A stretch of 64,000 nt of DNA, from NCBI GenBank assembly GCA_963752595.1, contig CAVVYZ010000030.1, positions 109,372 to 173,371 on the forward strand. The letters run 5' to 3'. Shown here one piece after another: positions 62,717 through 64,000 of this stretch (position 1 is its first letter; every line of letters starts with the position of its first letter). Source of the stretch: an uncultured delta proteobacterium (GTDB lineage Bacteria; Desulfobacterota; Desulfomonilia; UBA1062). The position numbers and the translations under genes were made by a program. The notes beneath the pieces are model-generated. The model was given only the letters and a program-made list of their open reading frames with translations. It was not told where the DNA came from and did no database searches.

Positions 62717-63678
62717 TACCCTGACTGCCCTGGAGGGCGTCAAGAGTCTGCCATGCTACCGATAGTGAGGGGGGAACCGGGGTAACGGTCATTCTTTTTG
62801 ACAGGCCTGCCATTGGTGCAGTGGATATCACCGGTATGGCCACCTCTTCAAGGCAGATCGATTCTCTCGATGCATGCATCCCGGCACGGCGGTCCATGCC
62901 GTATGCCTTGCAGGGGGGTCTGCCTTCGGGCTCGATGCAGCCTCCGGCGTTGTAAGATATCTCGAGGAGGAGGGAGTCGGTTTTGATCTCGTTGTGGCAA
63001 GCTTCCCGTGGTGCCGACAGCTGTTATATTCGACCTGTCCTTCATGGACCCCTCTGCCAGGCCGGATGCATCGATGGCCTACGAGGCATGCAAGTACGCT
63101 TCTTCTTCTCCTGTTGCGCAGGGGTGCGTAGGTGCAGGAACCGGTGCAACCGCCGGGAAAGATCAGAGGCGTCCGTTCTGCAACGAAGTCGGGCCTTGGC
63201 TCGAGCATGGTCTCCGGTAACGATGGCGTGCGGATGGGTGCGCTGGTTGTGGCGAACTCCTTGGGCGACGTCCTCGACGAGCAGGGCAGGATCATCGCCG
63301 GCGCCCGGGAAGGAAAACGCTTTCTCAATTCGTTCGACGCCATAGCAAGGGCGAGGTGCGGACGAAGATGGGCGCTCCGTGGCAATACCACCTTGTGTGT
63401 CCTCGGTGACCGATGCCCGCCTCGACAAGGTAGCGGCCTTGCAGGTGGCCCGCATGGGCGGTAACGGCCTGGCCCGGCACATAGTCCCCTACAACACGCC
63501 CCTGGATGGAGACATGGTGTTCTGCTTTTCCATAGGGGACAAGGAAGCCCATCCTCTCCACCTTGGGGTCCTGGCCGCACAGGCAGCCAAGGATGCGCTG
63601 GTGAATGCGGTTCGCAATGCCCACGCCATGGGCGGACTCCCGCATCGCAGGGATCTCAGGGGTAAGACGAATATCTGA
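62697..63678 (+). CDS. P1/S58 (DmpA-like) peptidase, frameshifted
   Basis: NDTLTALEGV, GGSAFGLDAA.GV, VPTAVIFDL, GCVGAGTGATAGK, NSLGDV, NTTL, DGDMVF. Confidence 0.82.
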
Positions 63679-63820
63679 TCGTATAGTGCAGACCCTGTAC
63701 CGGATTTCAATCCGCGATGGTCTAGTGTACATACTCGAAGATCAAGGATCAAGCGCTTACTCCTTAGGTTGTTAAAACCGTTGACAAAAACCGCTTTACT
63801 TCAGTAGAAGAAAAACCCGT

Positions 63821-63897
63821 GGCGGAGTAGCTCAGTTGGTCAGAGCATGCGGCTCATATCCGCAGTGTCGGGGGTTCAAGTCCCTCCTCCGCTACCA
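63821..63897 (+). tRNA. tRNA-Met (CAT), elongator type
   Basis: GGCGGAG acceptor, TGCGG-CTCATAT-CCGCA anticodon arm, GTTCAAGTC, ACCA; TTGACA at 63781. Confidence 0.93.
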
Positions 63898-64000
63898 ACT
63901 CTTACCCCTGTGTCTATGGTTTTGCCGTATAGCTGATTGTAAAGAATCTTGACAATAATCGTGATTCAAATCGGCAGATAAGATATCCTGATAAAATATA

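Overview
Bacterial chromosomal window; gene content suggests an anaerobic Deltaproteobacterium/Desulfobacterota-type organism (inference). Layout: (1) 0.1-9.6 kb: acyl-CoA catabolic cluster (CaiB/BaiF CoA-transferase, HMG-CoA-synthase-like/DUF35 fusion, SCP2-type thiolase, two MaoC proteins, SDR), a metallophosphoesterase and a flavoprotein/ferredoxin-reductase pair. Most of these carry frameshifts that look like sequencing errors. (2) 10-50.4 kb: a ~40 kb mosaic surface-polysaccharide locus with WbpE, a WbpB-WbpD fusion, Wzz, Wzx, Wzy, WbuX/HisH/HisF, several GT4s, two initiating transferases, CapD/PglF, a second flippase/ligase module and many IS remnants. (3) tadA, tRNA-Ser(CGA) with a 9.4 kb integrated element (30-bp att repeats; integrase, Rep_trans-like Rep broken by IS21, nested ISs), then tRNA-Ser(GGA), SRP RNA, dnaX, a P1 peptidase and tRNA-Met. 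The best candidate for an undescribed system is a five-gene cassette inside the glycan locus: PIG-L deacetylase, PaaK-like CoA ligase, two LpxD-like acyltransferases and a KamA-like radical SAM aminomutase that appears to lack the lysine-binding aspartates. It may build a non-lysine beta-aminoacyl group and install it on a sugar. Also notable are a 78-bp TA-flanked MITE that supplies the wzy stop codon and starts a 303-bp repeat bracketing an amidination cassette, and a minimal rep-int integrative element with a candidate nick-site hairpin. All family calls come from motif recognition by eye; no searches were run.
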